Positions 47,144 to 57,847 of a stretch of DNA of 64,000 bases are shown here, piece after piece. This stretch comes from an uncultured Collinsella sp. (lineage in GTDB: Bacteria > Actinomycetota > Coriobacteriia > Coriobacteriales > Coriobacteriaceae), in assembly GCA_900541665.1 (NCBI GenBank), contig UQKV01000005.1, positions 962 to 64,961 on the forward strand. The letters run 5' to 3'. Position 1 is the first letter of the stretch. The number at the start of each line of letters is the position of its first letter. The position numbers and the translations under genes were made by a program. The notes under the pieces were generated by a model. The model searched no databases. It was not told the origin of the DNA and saw only the letters and a list, made by a program, of their open reading frames with translations.

Positions 47144-47569
47144 ATGAAAAAGCTCAGGACGCTTGCCGACGTGTTGCGCCAGGCGGGCTTTGTGCGCATT
47201 ACGGAGCTGTTCCTCGTCTTCTATCTGCTGTGCTCGACGGCCGTCTGGCTGTCCGAGCCCACGACCCTCACGTTTGGCGATGGTCTCTGGTTTAGCTTCG
47301 AGACGGTCTCGACCATCGGCTTTGGCGATATCCCGGCCGAAACGCCGGTCGCCCGTGCCATTACCGTCATCCTGAGCGTTATCAGCATCTTCTACATCGC
47401 TATGCTCACGGGCGTGGCGGTGAGCTACTGCAATACGCTCATCAAGCTGCGCCAAAAGGACACCATGGCGCGCTTTATGGATGATCTGGAGCATTTGGAA
47501 GAGCTCGATCGTGACGAGCTCGCCGACCTGTCGCGCCGCGTGCGCGAATATCGCCGACGCCAACGCTAG
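47144..47569 (+). CDS. 2-TM potassium channel (KcsA-like)
   Basis: It has a TVSTIGFGD selectivity filter between two TM helices. A GGAAAGGG RBS precedes the ATG at 47144. Confidence 0.8.
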   Translation: MKKLRTLADVLRQAGFVRITELFLVFYLLCSTAVWLSEPTTLTFGDGLWFSFETVSTIGFGDIPAETPVARAITVILSVISIFYIAMLTGVAVSYCNTLIKLRQKDTMARFMDDLEHLEELDRDELADLSRRVREYRRRQR

Positions 47570-47605
47570 AACGGGCGCCGCGCGTCACGACGAGGGGGAC
47601 TGAAT

Positions 47606-48139
47606 ATGAATATCACCGTGTATCTGGGTGCCAGTGTCGGCAACGACCCGGCATTTCTGCCTGCGGTGCAAGAACTGGGCAACTGGATTGGCTCCAACGG
47701 GCACGCGCTGGTATACGGCGGGTCCAAATCGGGCCTGATGGGCGCGCTCGCCGATAGCGTGCTCGAGGCAGGTGGACACGTGACGGGTGTTGAGCCGAGC
47801 TTTTTTATCGAGGCAGAGTTTCAACACGACGGCATTGACAATCTCATCGTGACGAGCGATATGGCCGAGCGCAAAGCCAAGATGATCGAGCTCGGTGATG
47901 CGTTCATCGCCTTTCCCGGTGGGACGGGCACGCTCGAGGAGATTGCCGAGGTTATGTCCGCCGTGTCGCTGGGACATCTCGATGCGCCGTGCATCCTGTA
48001 CAACCTCGGGGGCTACTACAACGATCTTAAGGCGATGCTCGAGCACATGATTGATAAGGGGCTTTCGAGCCCGAGGCGCCAGCAAGGCATTTACTTTGCC
48101 GACGATTTGCGCGAGATTGCCTCGATTATCAACGGATAA
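47606..48139 (+). CDS. LOG-family protein (cytokinin riboside 5'-monophosphate phosphoribohydrolase-like, TIGR00730)
   Basis: The PGGTGTLEE and GYYN motifs are present. Confidence 0.85.
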   Translation: MNITVYLGASVGNDPAFLPAVQELGNWIGSNGHALVYGGSKSGLMGALADSVLEAGGHVTGVEPSFFIEAEFQHDGIDNLIVTSDMAERKAKMIELGDAFIAFPGGTGTLEEIAEVMSAVSLGHLDAPCILYNLGGYYNDLKAMLEHMIDKGLSSPRRQQGIYFADDLREIASIING

Positions 48140-48264
48140 GTTTTGAGCCTGCCCCATTATGGCTCCCAATAGTGCCGTTTGCAGCGCGGATGGTTGGCTC
48201 GTTCGGGCAGCGCTCGCTCTACAATAAAACGTATCTATGTCGACTTTGACCGCGGGAGGACCCG

Positions 48265-49554
48265 ATGGATAACCTTGCCAAACCCACAAACCGCGCGCTG
48301 TTTTTAGTTAGCGTTGCCGTGACCGGTGCGTTCGCAGGTGCCGCGGTCTGGCTGTTCTTTTTTGCGATGGAGCACGGTATCGACTATCTATGGACCGAGA
48401 TTCCGCACGCGCTGGGCGTCGCTTCGCCCGAGCTTGCCAGTGGCCCGTTTGGCTTTCTGCCGTACCCGTTTTTTGTCTGCCTGCTGGGCGGCCTGTTAAT
48501 TGGTCTGTACGAAAAGATGACAGGCACCAAGACCGATGACCTCAACCAGGTGATGGCTAAGGTTAAGCAAGACGGGCGCTACCCGTACGACAACCTGGGC
48601 AAGCTTTCGCTCGCGGCGTTGCTGCCGCTGCTGTTTGGCGGAAGCATTGGACCGGAGGCCGGCCTGACCGGCGTTATCGCCGGTCTGTGCAGCTGGGTCG
48701 GCGACCGCATGCGTCGCTTTGGCGCCGAGTTTAGGGAGCTCACGCTGCTGGGTACCCAGGCTGCCCTGACGGCGCTCTTTACCGCGCCCGTCTTTGGCTT
48801 TGTGGCGCCGCTTGCCGGTAGCGCCGACGGCGACGAGGGTTCTGCGTCCGACGAGATCACCATCAGGCTGCCCAAGGCGCAAAAGACCGTGGTTTACGGC
48901 ATCGCGATTGCCGGCGGCCTGGGCACCTATCTGCTGCTCGGCCAGCTCATGGGCGGCGGCATGGGCATGCCCAGGTTCGAGTCCGCCGAGGTGGGCAACC
49001 TGGAGCTTACCTGGCTCATTCCGCTAGCGTTGGTTGGCACCGTTTGCGGTTGGCTGTACTTTGTCTCCGAGCATGCAAGCGAGGCATTGTCCCATGCAAT
49101 AGGGGGGCGTCCTGTCGTCAAGGCCATGCTGGCCGGTCTGGCGCTCGCCATCTGCGGCACGGTCCTGCCCTACACCATGTTTGCCGGCGAGACCCAGGCC
49201 GACGTGCTCATGGAAACCTACTTGACCATTCCCGCCGGCGTGCTTATCGCGACCGGTCTGGTCAAGGCCATGCTGACCCCCGCCCTCATCAACCTTGGTT
49301 GGCGCGGCGGTCACTTCTTCCCGGTTATCTTCTCGGGCGTAAGCCTGGGCTACGGACTGGCCATCCTCACCGGCGCCGATCCGGTCTTTTGCGTCGCCGT
49401 CTGCACGGCATCGACGATGGGTGCGGTCATGCGTCAGCCGGTCATGGTCGTGGGCCTGCTGCTCATGTGCTTCCCGCTCAAGGGTATCGTCTGCATGATC
49501 ATCGCCGCCGTTATCGCCGCCGGCATTCCGCTGCCCAAGCCGCTGCGCAAGTAG
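48265..49554 (+). CDS. ClC-family chloride channel-like membrane protein
   Basis: It has about 10 TM helices, plus GGSIGPEAG and GHFFP motifs that resemble ClC selectivity-filter segments. The family assignment is moderate. Confidence 0.55.
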   Translation: MDNLAKPTNRALFLVSVAVTGAFAGAAVWLFFFAMEHGIDYLWTEIPHALGVASPELASGPFGFLPYPFFVCLLGGLLIGLYEKMTGTKTDDLNQVMAKVKQDGRYPYDNLGKLSLAALLPLLFGGSIGPEAGLTGVIAGLCSWVGDRMRRFGAEFRELTLLGTQAALTALFTAPVFGFVAPLAGSADGDEGSASDEITIRLPKAQKTVVYGIAIAGGLGTYLLLGQLMGGGMGMPRFESAEVGNLELTWLIPLALVGTVCGWLYFVSEHASEALSHAIGGRPVVKAMLAGLALAICGTVLPYTMFAGETQADVLMETYLTIPAGVLIATGLVKAMLTPALINLGWRGGHFFPVIFSGVSLGYGLAILTGADPVFCVAVCTASTMGAVMRQPVMVVGLLLMCFPLKGIVCMIIAAVIAAGIPLPKPLRK

Positions 49555-49644
49555 TACGGTGGCGCACGCCAGGGACATGCCGTTTGCCACGGATTTGCGG
49601 GGAGGGGCGGCGATCGCGCCCTTCGTGGATTGAGATTCGCGTGG

Positions 49645-50343
49645 CTACAGATCGTGTGCTCGATAGACCTTGGTGCTGACGGTGCAGCTGATTGCACAGA
49701 GCGCGAGGGCCAGCACGGCAATTCCTGCGCACAGATAGCCCAGAACGGCAGGATCGGGATTCGCTCCGGCAATCGACATGAGCCAGTTGCTAATGGGGTT
49801 GGAGGAGCACAGCGTGGCCATGGTGCCGCAACCAAGCAGGGCAAACAGGCCAACGGATAGGCGCAGCGCCTCCATGTGTCCAAATCGAAAGAACAGCGGC
49901 TGCGCCAAAAACACCATCATGAGGGAGATGAGCATCGATGCTGCCGAGGCGATTGCGATTTCAAAGACCGTCTGTCCCGTCGAAGGAATGCCCGCGCTGT
50001 TGAAGAGCGGGATGGAGGCGATGCTCAAAAGCGTAGCTGCACATGCCATGACGGCGGAGAAGACAATAATACACAGGTAGCGTGCGCAGATGATGTCTTT
50101 GCGCGAGAACGGCAGCGTTGCCCGATAGCGCTCCCAGCCGTTTTGGTTATCGTAGCCAGCCAGTGAGTTCATGATTATGATGGGCGACATGGCGCTGACC
50201 GCGCAGGCGCCGGCGCTCATACCGGAATCGCCGTCCGATGCGTTGGCAAGGGTCAGCACGACGAAGATGAACAGGCCGACGCCCGCAATGCTCGGGATGA
50301 GCGTGCGAGCGATGGCGAGCTCGGACATAAAGGCGCGTTTCAT
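49645..50343 (-). CDS. ABC-2 type transporter permease
   Basis: It is a 6-TM hydrophobic protein whose gene overlaps the ATPase gene stop. Confidence 0.7.
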   Translation of the reverse strand: MKRAFMSELAIARTLIPSIAGVGLFIFVVLTLANASDGDSGMSAGACAVSAMSPIIIMNSLAGYDNQNGWERYRATLPFSRKDIICARYLCIIVFSAVMACAATLLSIASIPLFNSAGIPSTGQTVFEIAIASAASMLISLMMVFLAQPLFFRFGHMEALRLSVGLFALLGCGTMATLCSSNPISNWLMSIAGANPDPAVLGYLCAGIAVLALALCAISCTVSTKVYRAHDL

Positions 50344-51221
50344 TTCGAAGCCCCTTTCAGCGTGAGGCGAAGATAGTCGTCAATGGTTGCCCGATCGCAG
50401 GGAATCTCGGGAAAGGCCTCGAGCGTTTCGCGACGGTTGGGCACGAGCACGTCCACGCTGTAGGCGTGGCGGGTGGCATGGGCACCTTTGACGCAAGCCA
50501 TAAGCTCGGCGGCCTGCGCTTGGGTGCAGTGGGCGATCCCGGCTCGGTCGGTAATGTCCTCGCGCGGCAGGTCAAACACAATCGAGCCGTTATCGATGCA
50601 GATGACGCGGTCGGCGGTGCGATCGAGGTCGGACGTAATGTGGCTCGAGAGCAGCACGCTGTGCTGGCCGTCGGCGACAAAAGCAAGCAGCTCATCAAGC
50701 AGTTCCTCGCGTGCCATGGGATCGAGGCCCGCGGTGGCTTCGTCCAAAACGAGCAGCTTGGCATTGTGGCTGAGCGCACAGGCAAGCTGCAGTTTCATGC
50801 CCATGCCGCGGGAGAGGTCCTTGACCTTTGTCTTGGGATCCAAGTCAAATCGGTCGATGAGGCTGGCGAAGGTGTCGTGGCTCCAAGTGGGGTATGCCGG
50901 GCTTACGAGTGCCTCGACTTCGGTTACCTTGAGTGTGGAAGGGAAGGGGCATGTGTCCAGCACGAGGCCGACACGAGTGCGCAAGCAGCGCTGCGCCTCA
51001 TCGGGCGCGTCGGCGCCACAGTGCTGCCCAAACAGGTGCACCTCGCCGGCATCGAGCTTTATAAGCCCGAGCGCGGCTCGAATCGTCGTGGTTTTGCCGG
51101 CACCGTTGGCACCAACAAAGCCGACAATCTGGCCGGGTTCCACGGCAAGCGTGACGTCGCGCAGCGAAAAGCGGTCGCTTACAGTGCGTGAGATGCCTTT
51201 GAGTTCTAGCAAGTTTTGCAT
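50340..51221 (-). CDS. ABC transporter ATP-binding protein
   Basis: Walker A (GANGAGKTT), LSRGMGMK and Walker B (LLVLDEA) are present. The ATG at 51221 has an RBS, and the longer ORF upstream overlaps the GntR gene. Confidence 0.85.
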   Translation of the reverse strand: MQNLLELKGISRTVSDRFSLRDVTLAVEPGQIVGFVGANGAGKTTTIRAALGLIKLDAGEVHLFGQHCGADAPDEAQRCLRTRVGLVLDTCPFPSTLKVTEVEALVSPAYPTWSHDTFASLIDRFDLDPKTKVKDLSRGMGMKLQLACALSHNAKLLVLDEATAGLDPMAREELLDELLAFVADGQHSVLLSSHITSDLDRTADRVICIDNGSIVFDLPREDITDRAGIAHCTQAQAAELMACVKGAHATRHAYSVDVLVPNRRETLEAFPEIPCDRATIDDYLRLTLKGASK

Positions 51222-51244
51222 GGTATAGCCTTTCTTGCAGATGG

Positions 51245-51625
51245 CTACTGCATGGTTTCGGGGGCTACCAGGTCGAGCATCTCGTGCAGTTTGTCGCGCG
51301 TGACGCCCAGGGTTTCGGCTTGGCTCGCCGCTTTCGCAAGCAACTCTTCGATATGGCAGAGCTGACTTTCGCGCAAGAGTTCTTGGTTGCCCTCGGCGAC
51401 AAAACAGCCTTTGCCCTGCACGGTGCAGATAAACCCAAGCTGCTCCAGGTCGGCGTAGGCGCGCTTGGTGGTGATGACGCTCACGCCAAGATCGCTCGCG
51501 AGTGCACGGATGCTGGGGAGTTTGGCTCCCGCAGCGAGCGTGCCCGATAAGATCTGAGCTTTGACTTGCGAGGTTATCTGCTCGTAGATGGGCTTGTCGC
51601 TCGAATTGGATAGGATGATGTCCAC
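51245..51625 (-). CDS. GntR-family (YtrA-subfamily) transcriptional regulator
   Basis: The winged HTH reads KLPSIRALASDLGVSVITTKRAYADLE, with a short C-terminal domain. Confidence 0.85.
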   Translation of the reverse strand: MDIILSNSSDKPIYEQITSQVKAQILSGTLAAGAKLPSIRALASDLGVSVITTKRAYADLEQLGFICTVQGKGCFVAEGNQELLRESQLCHIEELLAKAASQAETLGVTRDKLHEMLDLVAPETMQ

Positions 51626-51840
51626 AGCGGCTCCTTAGCTGTTGGGCTACACGTGTATATAACCGGTAAGCACAGTATATATACACTATGCACAGTTATG
51701 CAAGAGGTAAATACGGATTGGGCCGGCTACCCAGGCCCCAACTGATGAATTTGTCCTGATAGGCGCTCTAAATCGGGATTTCGCGGCTACAATAGGGCGG
51801 TTACATCGACGTAATGCACTCAATGCAAGAAAGGATCCGC

Positions 51841-53454
<1,614 letters not shown>

Positions 53455-53555
53455 CGCATTGGCGCGGTGGTCCTGTGGGGCTGCCGCGCCGTTTGTTTGC
53501 CTTATGCCGCGCGAGCGGCTATCATACCCACCGTCGTCTCAAGACCGGGGCGTCC

Positions 53556-53604
53556 GAGCAGTTCGGGTCCGATATCCTGCTCGTTAAACCTAAAACCAAA
53601 GGAG
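53556..53604 (+). ncRNA. candidate preQ1-I riboswitch
   Basis: A 6-bp P1 stem (GAGCAG/CUGCUC) encloses a 15-nt loop starting with UUC. The A-rich tail GUUAAACCUAAAACCAAAGGAG runs into the RBS of a queuosine-precursor transporter gene. Confidence 0.35.
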
Positions 53605-53610
53605 TACATA

Positions 53611-54333
53611 ATGATCAAGAAGGTCATGGAGGACTACAAGGTCCTGTTGCGGAGCATTCCCGCGGCAACGGTTTCGCTGTTTTTCGTGAGTGTCATCATG
53701 ATGAACCTGCTGGCCAACAAAGAGCTCATCAGCCTGCCGTATCTGGCACTCGATTGCGGCTTTGTGGTGAGCTGGGTCTCGTTTTTGTGCCAGGACATGA
53801 TCTGCAAGCGCTTTGGCGCCAAGGCATCCATCAAAATCTCTATCCTCGCGCTGCTGGTCAACCTGGCCGTGAGCTTGTGCTTTTGGGCATGTTCGCTCAC
53901 GCCCGGCATGTGGGGCGCCTACTACGACACGGGCATGATCGAGGTCAACACCGCCCTTAACGCCACCATCGGCGGCACCTGGTACGTGGTGCTGGGCTCT
54001 TCGCTGGCAATGCTCGTTTCTGCCGTGGTTAACTCCACGCTCAACCAGTCGCTCGGCCGTATGCTCAAGAAGAATAACTTTGCGAGCTTTGCCTTCCGTT
54101 CCTATGTGTCCACGGGTGTTGGCCAGTTTATCGACAACCTGGTCTTTGCCATTGTGGTGAGCCACACGTTCTTTGGCTGGACCTGGGTGCAGGTTCTTAT
54201 GTGCTCGCTGACCGGCGCTGTTGCCGAGCTGCTGTGCGAGGTCTTCCTGAGCCCCGTGGGCTACAAGGTCGTGCGCGGCTGGGAGCGCGAGAATGTGGGT
54301 TCCGAGTACCTCGAGCGCCACGCAACCGCCTAA
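53611..54333 (+). CDS. yhhQ: queuosine precursor transporter (YhhQ/DUF165 family)
   Basis: It is a 6-TM protein with the conserved DUF165 blocks (SWVSFLCQD, GQFIDNLVFA). An AAAGGAG RBS precedes the ATG at 53611. Confidence 0.75.
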   Translation: MIKKVMEDYKVLLRSIPAATVSLFFVSVIMMNLLANKELISLPYLALDCGFVVSWVSFLCQDMICKRFGAKASIKISILALLVNLAVSLCFWACSLTPGMWGAYYDTGMIEVNTALNATIGGTWYVVLGSSLAMLVSAVVNSTLNQSLGRMLKKNNFASFAFRSYVSTGVGQFIDNLVFAIVVSHTFFGWTWVQVLMCSLTGAVAELLCEVFLSPVGYKVVRGWERENVGSEYLERHATA

Positions 54334-54342
54334 GGAGCAAGT

Positions 54343-55023
54343 ATGCGGGTTTTGATCACGGGCGCTTCGGGCGGTATCGGAGCCGCGTGCGTGCAGCGCT
54401 TTTTGGATGAGGGTCACGAGGTCGTGGGCTTTGATCTGCTGTCGCCGGCGATCGAACACGAGCGCTACCGCCATCTGATCGTTGATGTCCGCGAGCCGGA
54501 CTCGTTTCCAAGCGACCTTGAGCCTCAGGTAATCGTGAACGTTGCCGGTACGCAGGATTCGGCCGACGACATCGCCGCCAACCTGTGTGGCACCATCAAC
54601 GTGACCGAGCGCTACGCCTTTGTGGGGGAGGGGCTCGCCGCCAAGCCTGCGCCGGCTATCAAATCCGTGGTCAATGTGGGGTCGGCGAGCGGGCATACTG
54701 GATCGGAGTTTCCCGCCTATGCCGCCAGCAAGGGCGGCGTTATCGCCTACACCAAGAACCTTGCAAACCGCCTGGCACCGCAGGCCATCGCCAACAGTGT
54801 GGACCCGGGCGGCGTTATCACGCCGCTCAACCGTTGCGTGATGGAAGACGAGCACCTGTGGAGCCAGATTATGGAGCTCACGCCGCTTAAACGCTGGGCA
54901 ACCGCCCAAGAGATCGCCGAGTGGATCTATTTTGTGGGCGTGACCAACCGGTTTATGACTGGGCAGAGCCTGCTGATCGATGGCGGCGAGGCCGGCCGCA
55001 CACAATTTATTTGGCCCGAATAG
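54343..55023 (+). CDS. SDR-family oxidoreductase
   Basis: It has the TGASGGIG Rossmann motif and the YxxxK catalytic pair (YAASK). Confidence 0.8.
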   Translation: MRVLITGASGGIGAACVQRFLDEGHEVVGFDLLSPAIEHERYRHLIVDVREPDSFPSDLEPQVIVNVAGTQDSADDIAANLCGTINVTERYAFVGEGLAAKPAPAIKSVVNVGSASGHTGSEFPAYAASKGGVIAYTKNLANRLAPQAIANSVDPGGVITPLNRCVMEDEHLWSQIMELTPLKRWATAQEIAEWIYFVGVTNRFMTGQSLLIDGGEAGRTQFIWPE

Positions 55024-55078
55024 GAAACGCGCCCGATGGCAAGATCGCCGTCGGGCGCGTTTTTTGATGTATCGATTT

Positions 55079-55804
55079 TTAGCCGAGGCAAGTCCAGTTG
55101 ACGGGGGTCGAGCCGTGCTGTTCGAGTAGCCGATTGGCGGCAGAGAAGGGGCGCGACCCCATAAAAGCGGGGAGTTCTGCCGTGGCACGGCTGGCCGAAA
55201 GCGGCGAGGGGTGCGTAGAGGCCAGGCAGAACTTGCCGGTTGCCTTGCCCGCGCCGGTAGCGGCGAGCTTGCCTTCGACCATCTGCTGGGCAAAGCGGCC
55301 CCATGCCAAAAAGACTACCGGCTGGGGCAGCTGACAGCAGCGTTCGATAACGTAGTCGGTGAGCGTGCTCCAGCCCAGTTTGGCGTGCGAGTTCGCGGCA
55401 TGCTCGCGCACGGTGAGCGTAGTGTTGAGGAGCAGGACGCCCTGTTGTGCCCATGGGGTTAGGTCTCCCGTGGCGGGAATGGGGCAACCCAGATCGGCTT
55501 TGAGTTCCTTATAGATGTTGCGCAGGCTCGGCGGCAACTTGGTTTGCGTCGCGGGGACCGAGAACGACAGCCCCATTGCCTGGTTGGGTCCGTGATAGGG
55601 GTCCTGACCCAAGATGACAACCTTGACCTGGTCGGCCGGCGTGTAGGCGAGGGCATTGAGGATGTCGTCTTGTGCCGGGTAGATAGTCTGCTCGGCACGC
55701 AAAAGGGCGATGCGCTCGAGCAGCTGGTTCGTAGTGTCACGTACCGGCTGCGGTGCATCGCCCAACCAAGTTGCTATGTTGCGGTCGCGGGTTGCGGCGT
55801 CCAT
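55079..55804 (-). CDS. ung: uracil-DNA glycosylase (family 1)
   Basis: The GQDPYH motif and the LLLNTTLT and HPSPLS motifs are present. Confidence 0.9.
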   Translation of the reverse strand: MDAATRDRNIATWLGDAPQPVRDTTNQLLERIALLRAEQTIYPAQDDILNALAYTPADQVKVVILGQDPYHGPNQAMGLSFSVPATQTKLPPSLRNIYKELKADLGCPIPATGDLTPWAQQGVLLLNTTLTVREHAANSHAKLGWSTLTDYVIERCCQLPQPVVFLAWGRFAQQMVEGKLAATGAGKATGKFCLASTHPSPLSASRATAELPAFMGSRPFSAANRLLEQHGSTPVNWTCLG

Positions 55805-55892
55805 GGGGCTCCTTTACGTCAGATGCTCTGTTTGCATCTATTGTAAAGGCGCACCGGTTGCCTTTATGCCACGGCTGTATGAAGAGCGGGGT

Positions 55893-56795
55893 CTACGAGA
55901 CGTGCTCGGGCGCTCCTGCCATGCGAGCCTGTCCATGCGCGCGAAGGCGCGGAAGCTCGACGGTTGCCACCATGACGCCGGTGAGGATGAGAGCTGCACC
56001 CAGGAAGGCGATGGGGCTCAGGACCTCGCCGACCAGGAAGAACGAGAAGACAGCGGAGCAGACCGGCTCGAGCGAGAAGGCAAAGCCGGTGGTCTCGGCG
56101 GGCACGTGGGGCTGCACGAGCGTTTGGGTGATAAAGCCGTAGGCAGAGCAGATGAGCGCGAGGGCAACGACGACCACGATCTCGCTGGGTGTGCCGGGAA
56201 GCGTGAAACCGCCAAAGGTGAATGCGGCGATACCCGAGAATAAGCCGCCGAAGCCCAGCTGCCAAACGCCCAGAGCCAGCGGGTCGACTTCTTCGACAAA
56301 GCGCTTGGCCACGATAATGTGGCTGGCATAGATAAAGGCCGAGAGCAGCATGATGATCGCACCGGGATTCAGGCTGGTGAAGTCGGCGCCCGAGAGCAGC
56401 AACATACCGCAGGTGACGATGGCGGTGCCGACGAGCACTTTGCGCTCGGGGGCGCGGCGCAGCAGGGCGGCGTTGGCAAACGGCACGATCACGACCGTCA
56501 GGCTCTGCAAAAAGCCGGCAGTGGAGGCAGAGGTGAGGCTGGAGCCCAGGCACATGCAGGTGAGCTCGGTTGCCATGATGGCGCCGATGATAGCGGCGCG
56601 AACCATAAGGTCGCGGTTGATGCGGAACGCGCGTTTGTGGAAGAGCAGCAGGCAGGCCACAAAGGCGATGATGCAGCGTAGCGCGACGATGCTCGTGGCG
56701 TTCATGCTGTCCATGCCGATCTTCATGAGGGGATACGAAAAGCCCCATGCGACGGGAACGGAAAATGAGAGCGCGATTGCTTTTTTGCGATCCAT
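55893..56795 (-). CDS. DMT-superfamily (EamA) transporter
   Basis: It is a 10-TM protein built from two EamA repeats. Confidence 0.8.
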   Translation of the reverse strand: MDRKKAIALSFSVPVAWGFSYPLMKIGMDSMNATSIVALRCIIAFVACLLLFHKRAFRINRDLMVRAAIIGAIMATELTCMCLGSSLTSASTAGFLQSLTVVIVPFANAALLRRAPERKVLVGTAIVTCGMLLLSGADFTSLNPGAIIMLLSAFIYASHIIVAKRFVEEVDPLALGVWQLGFGGLFSGIAAFTFGGFTLPGTPSEIVVVVALALICSAYGFITQTLVQPHVPAETTGFAFSLEPVCSAVFSFFLVGEVLSPIAFLGAALILTGVMVATVELPRLRAHGQARMAGAPEHVS

Positions 56796-56953
56796 GGGAC
56801 TCCTTTTGTTACGGAACGGTTTCGTAACAAGGATTCTGCTCCCAGATGTGGATGTAGTAAAGCGAATGTATCTTCAGTATGATTAAGAAATACTAATGTT
56901 GGCAGAAAAAGCCCTGGCAAAACGTTTTATAGCTACATCGATGTGGAGGCACG

Positions 56954-57820
56954 ATGGCATCGCGGTATCAGATTGTTTGTATGGTGGTCGATCGCGGCAG
57001 CCTGAAACGTGCGGCCGATGAGCTGGGCTATACACAAAGTGCGGTGAGCCAGGCCGTCAAGGCACTCGAGCGCGAGCTGGGCACTACGATTATCGAGCGC
57101 GGCAAGCAGGGCGTGTCGCTTACGCGCGACGGCAAGCAGTACCTGCCGTATCTGCGACAGATCGTAACTGCCGAGGCCGAGCTTGAGGGCAAACGTCAGG
57201 AGTTGCTGGGGCTCTCCTCGACGGATATTCGTATCGCGACGTTTACCAACGTGAGCCGCACCGTATTGCCGCGCGTGATTCGCGACTTTGGTGCGCTGCA
57301 CCCGGGCGTACGCTTTACCCTCAAGCAGGGCGATTACACGCGCAACGCTCAATGGGTGCACGATGGCGTGGTTGATTTTTGCTTTACGGCGCGCGGATTT
57401 ACCGCTGGGCTCGAGAAGCGTGTGGTCTATCACGACGAGTTGGTAGCATTGTTGCCGGCCGCGCATCCGCTGACGGCAAAGGAAAAGGTGACACTCGCCG
57501 ACCTAGCGTCCGAGCCGTTTGTGCTGCTGGATGAGGGCGAACAGAGCCTGGTGCTCGATGCATTCGCGGCGTATGGCCTGTCGCCGCACGTGACGAGTGA
57601 GGTGACCGACGACTACACCATCATGGCGATGGTGGAGGAGGGCCTGGGCGTGAGCATGCTTTACCGTCGTACTGTAGAGGGCATGCAAGCCGATATTCAT
57701 GTGCGGCCCATCGTGCATGCCCCCTCGCGTGACGTGGTGGCCGCCTGGCGCAGCTGGGACACCATGCCCATCGCCACGAGGCGCTTTATCGACTATATGA
57801 GCTCGCATATTGTCAATTAA
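56954..57820 (+). CDS. LysR-family transcriptional regulator
   Basis: It has an HTH (LGYTQSAVSQAVKALE) and a LysR substrate-binding domain, and it is divergent from the EamA gene. Confidence 0.85.
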   Translation: MASRYQIVCMVVDRGSLKRAADELGYTQSAVSQAVKALERELGTTIIERGKQGVSLTRDGKQYLPYLRQIVTAEAELEGKRQELLGLSSTDIRIATFTNVSRTVLPRVIRDFGALHPGVRFTLKQGDYTRNAQWVHDGVVDFCFTARGFTAGLEKRVVYHDELVALLPAAHPLTAKEKVTLADLASEPFVLLDEGEQSLVLDAFAAYGLSPHVTSEVTDDYTIMAMVEEGLGVSMLYRRTVEGMQADIHVRPIVHAPSRDVVAAWRSWDTMPIATRRFIDYMSSHIVN

Positions 57821-57847
57821 TGACTGGCGTGGCGTTGAGTGCGGTGT

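Noticed and set aside
51222-51686. 155-codon upstream extension of the ABC ATPase ORF
   Set aside because: It overlaps the GntR gene antisense, and the true start at 51221 has an RBS and begins the ABC N-terminus.
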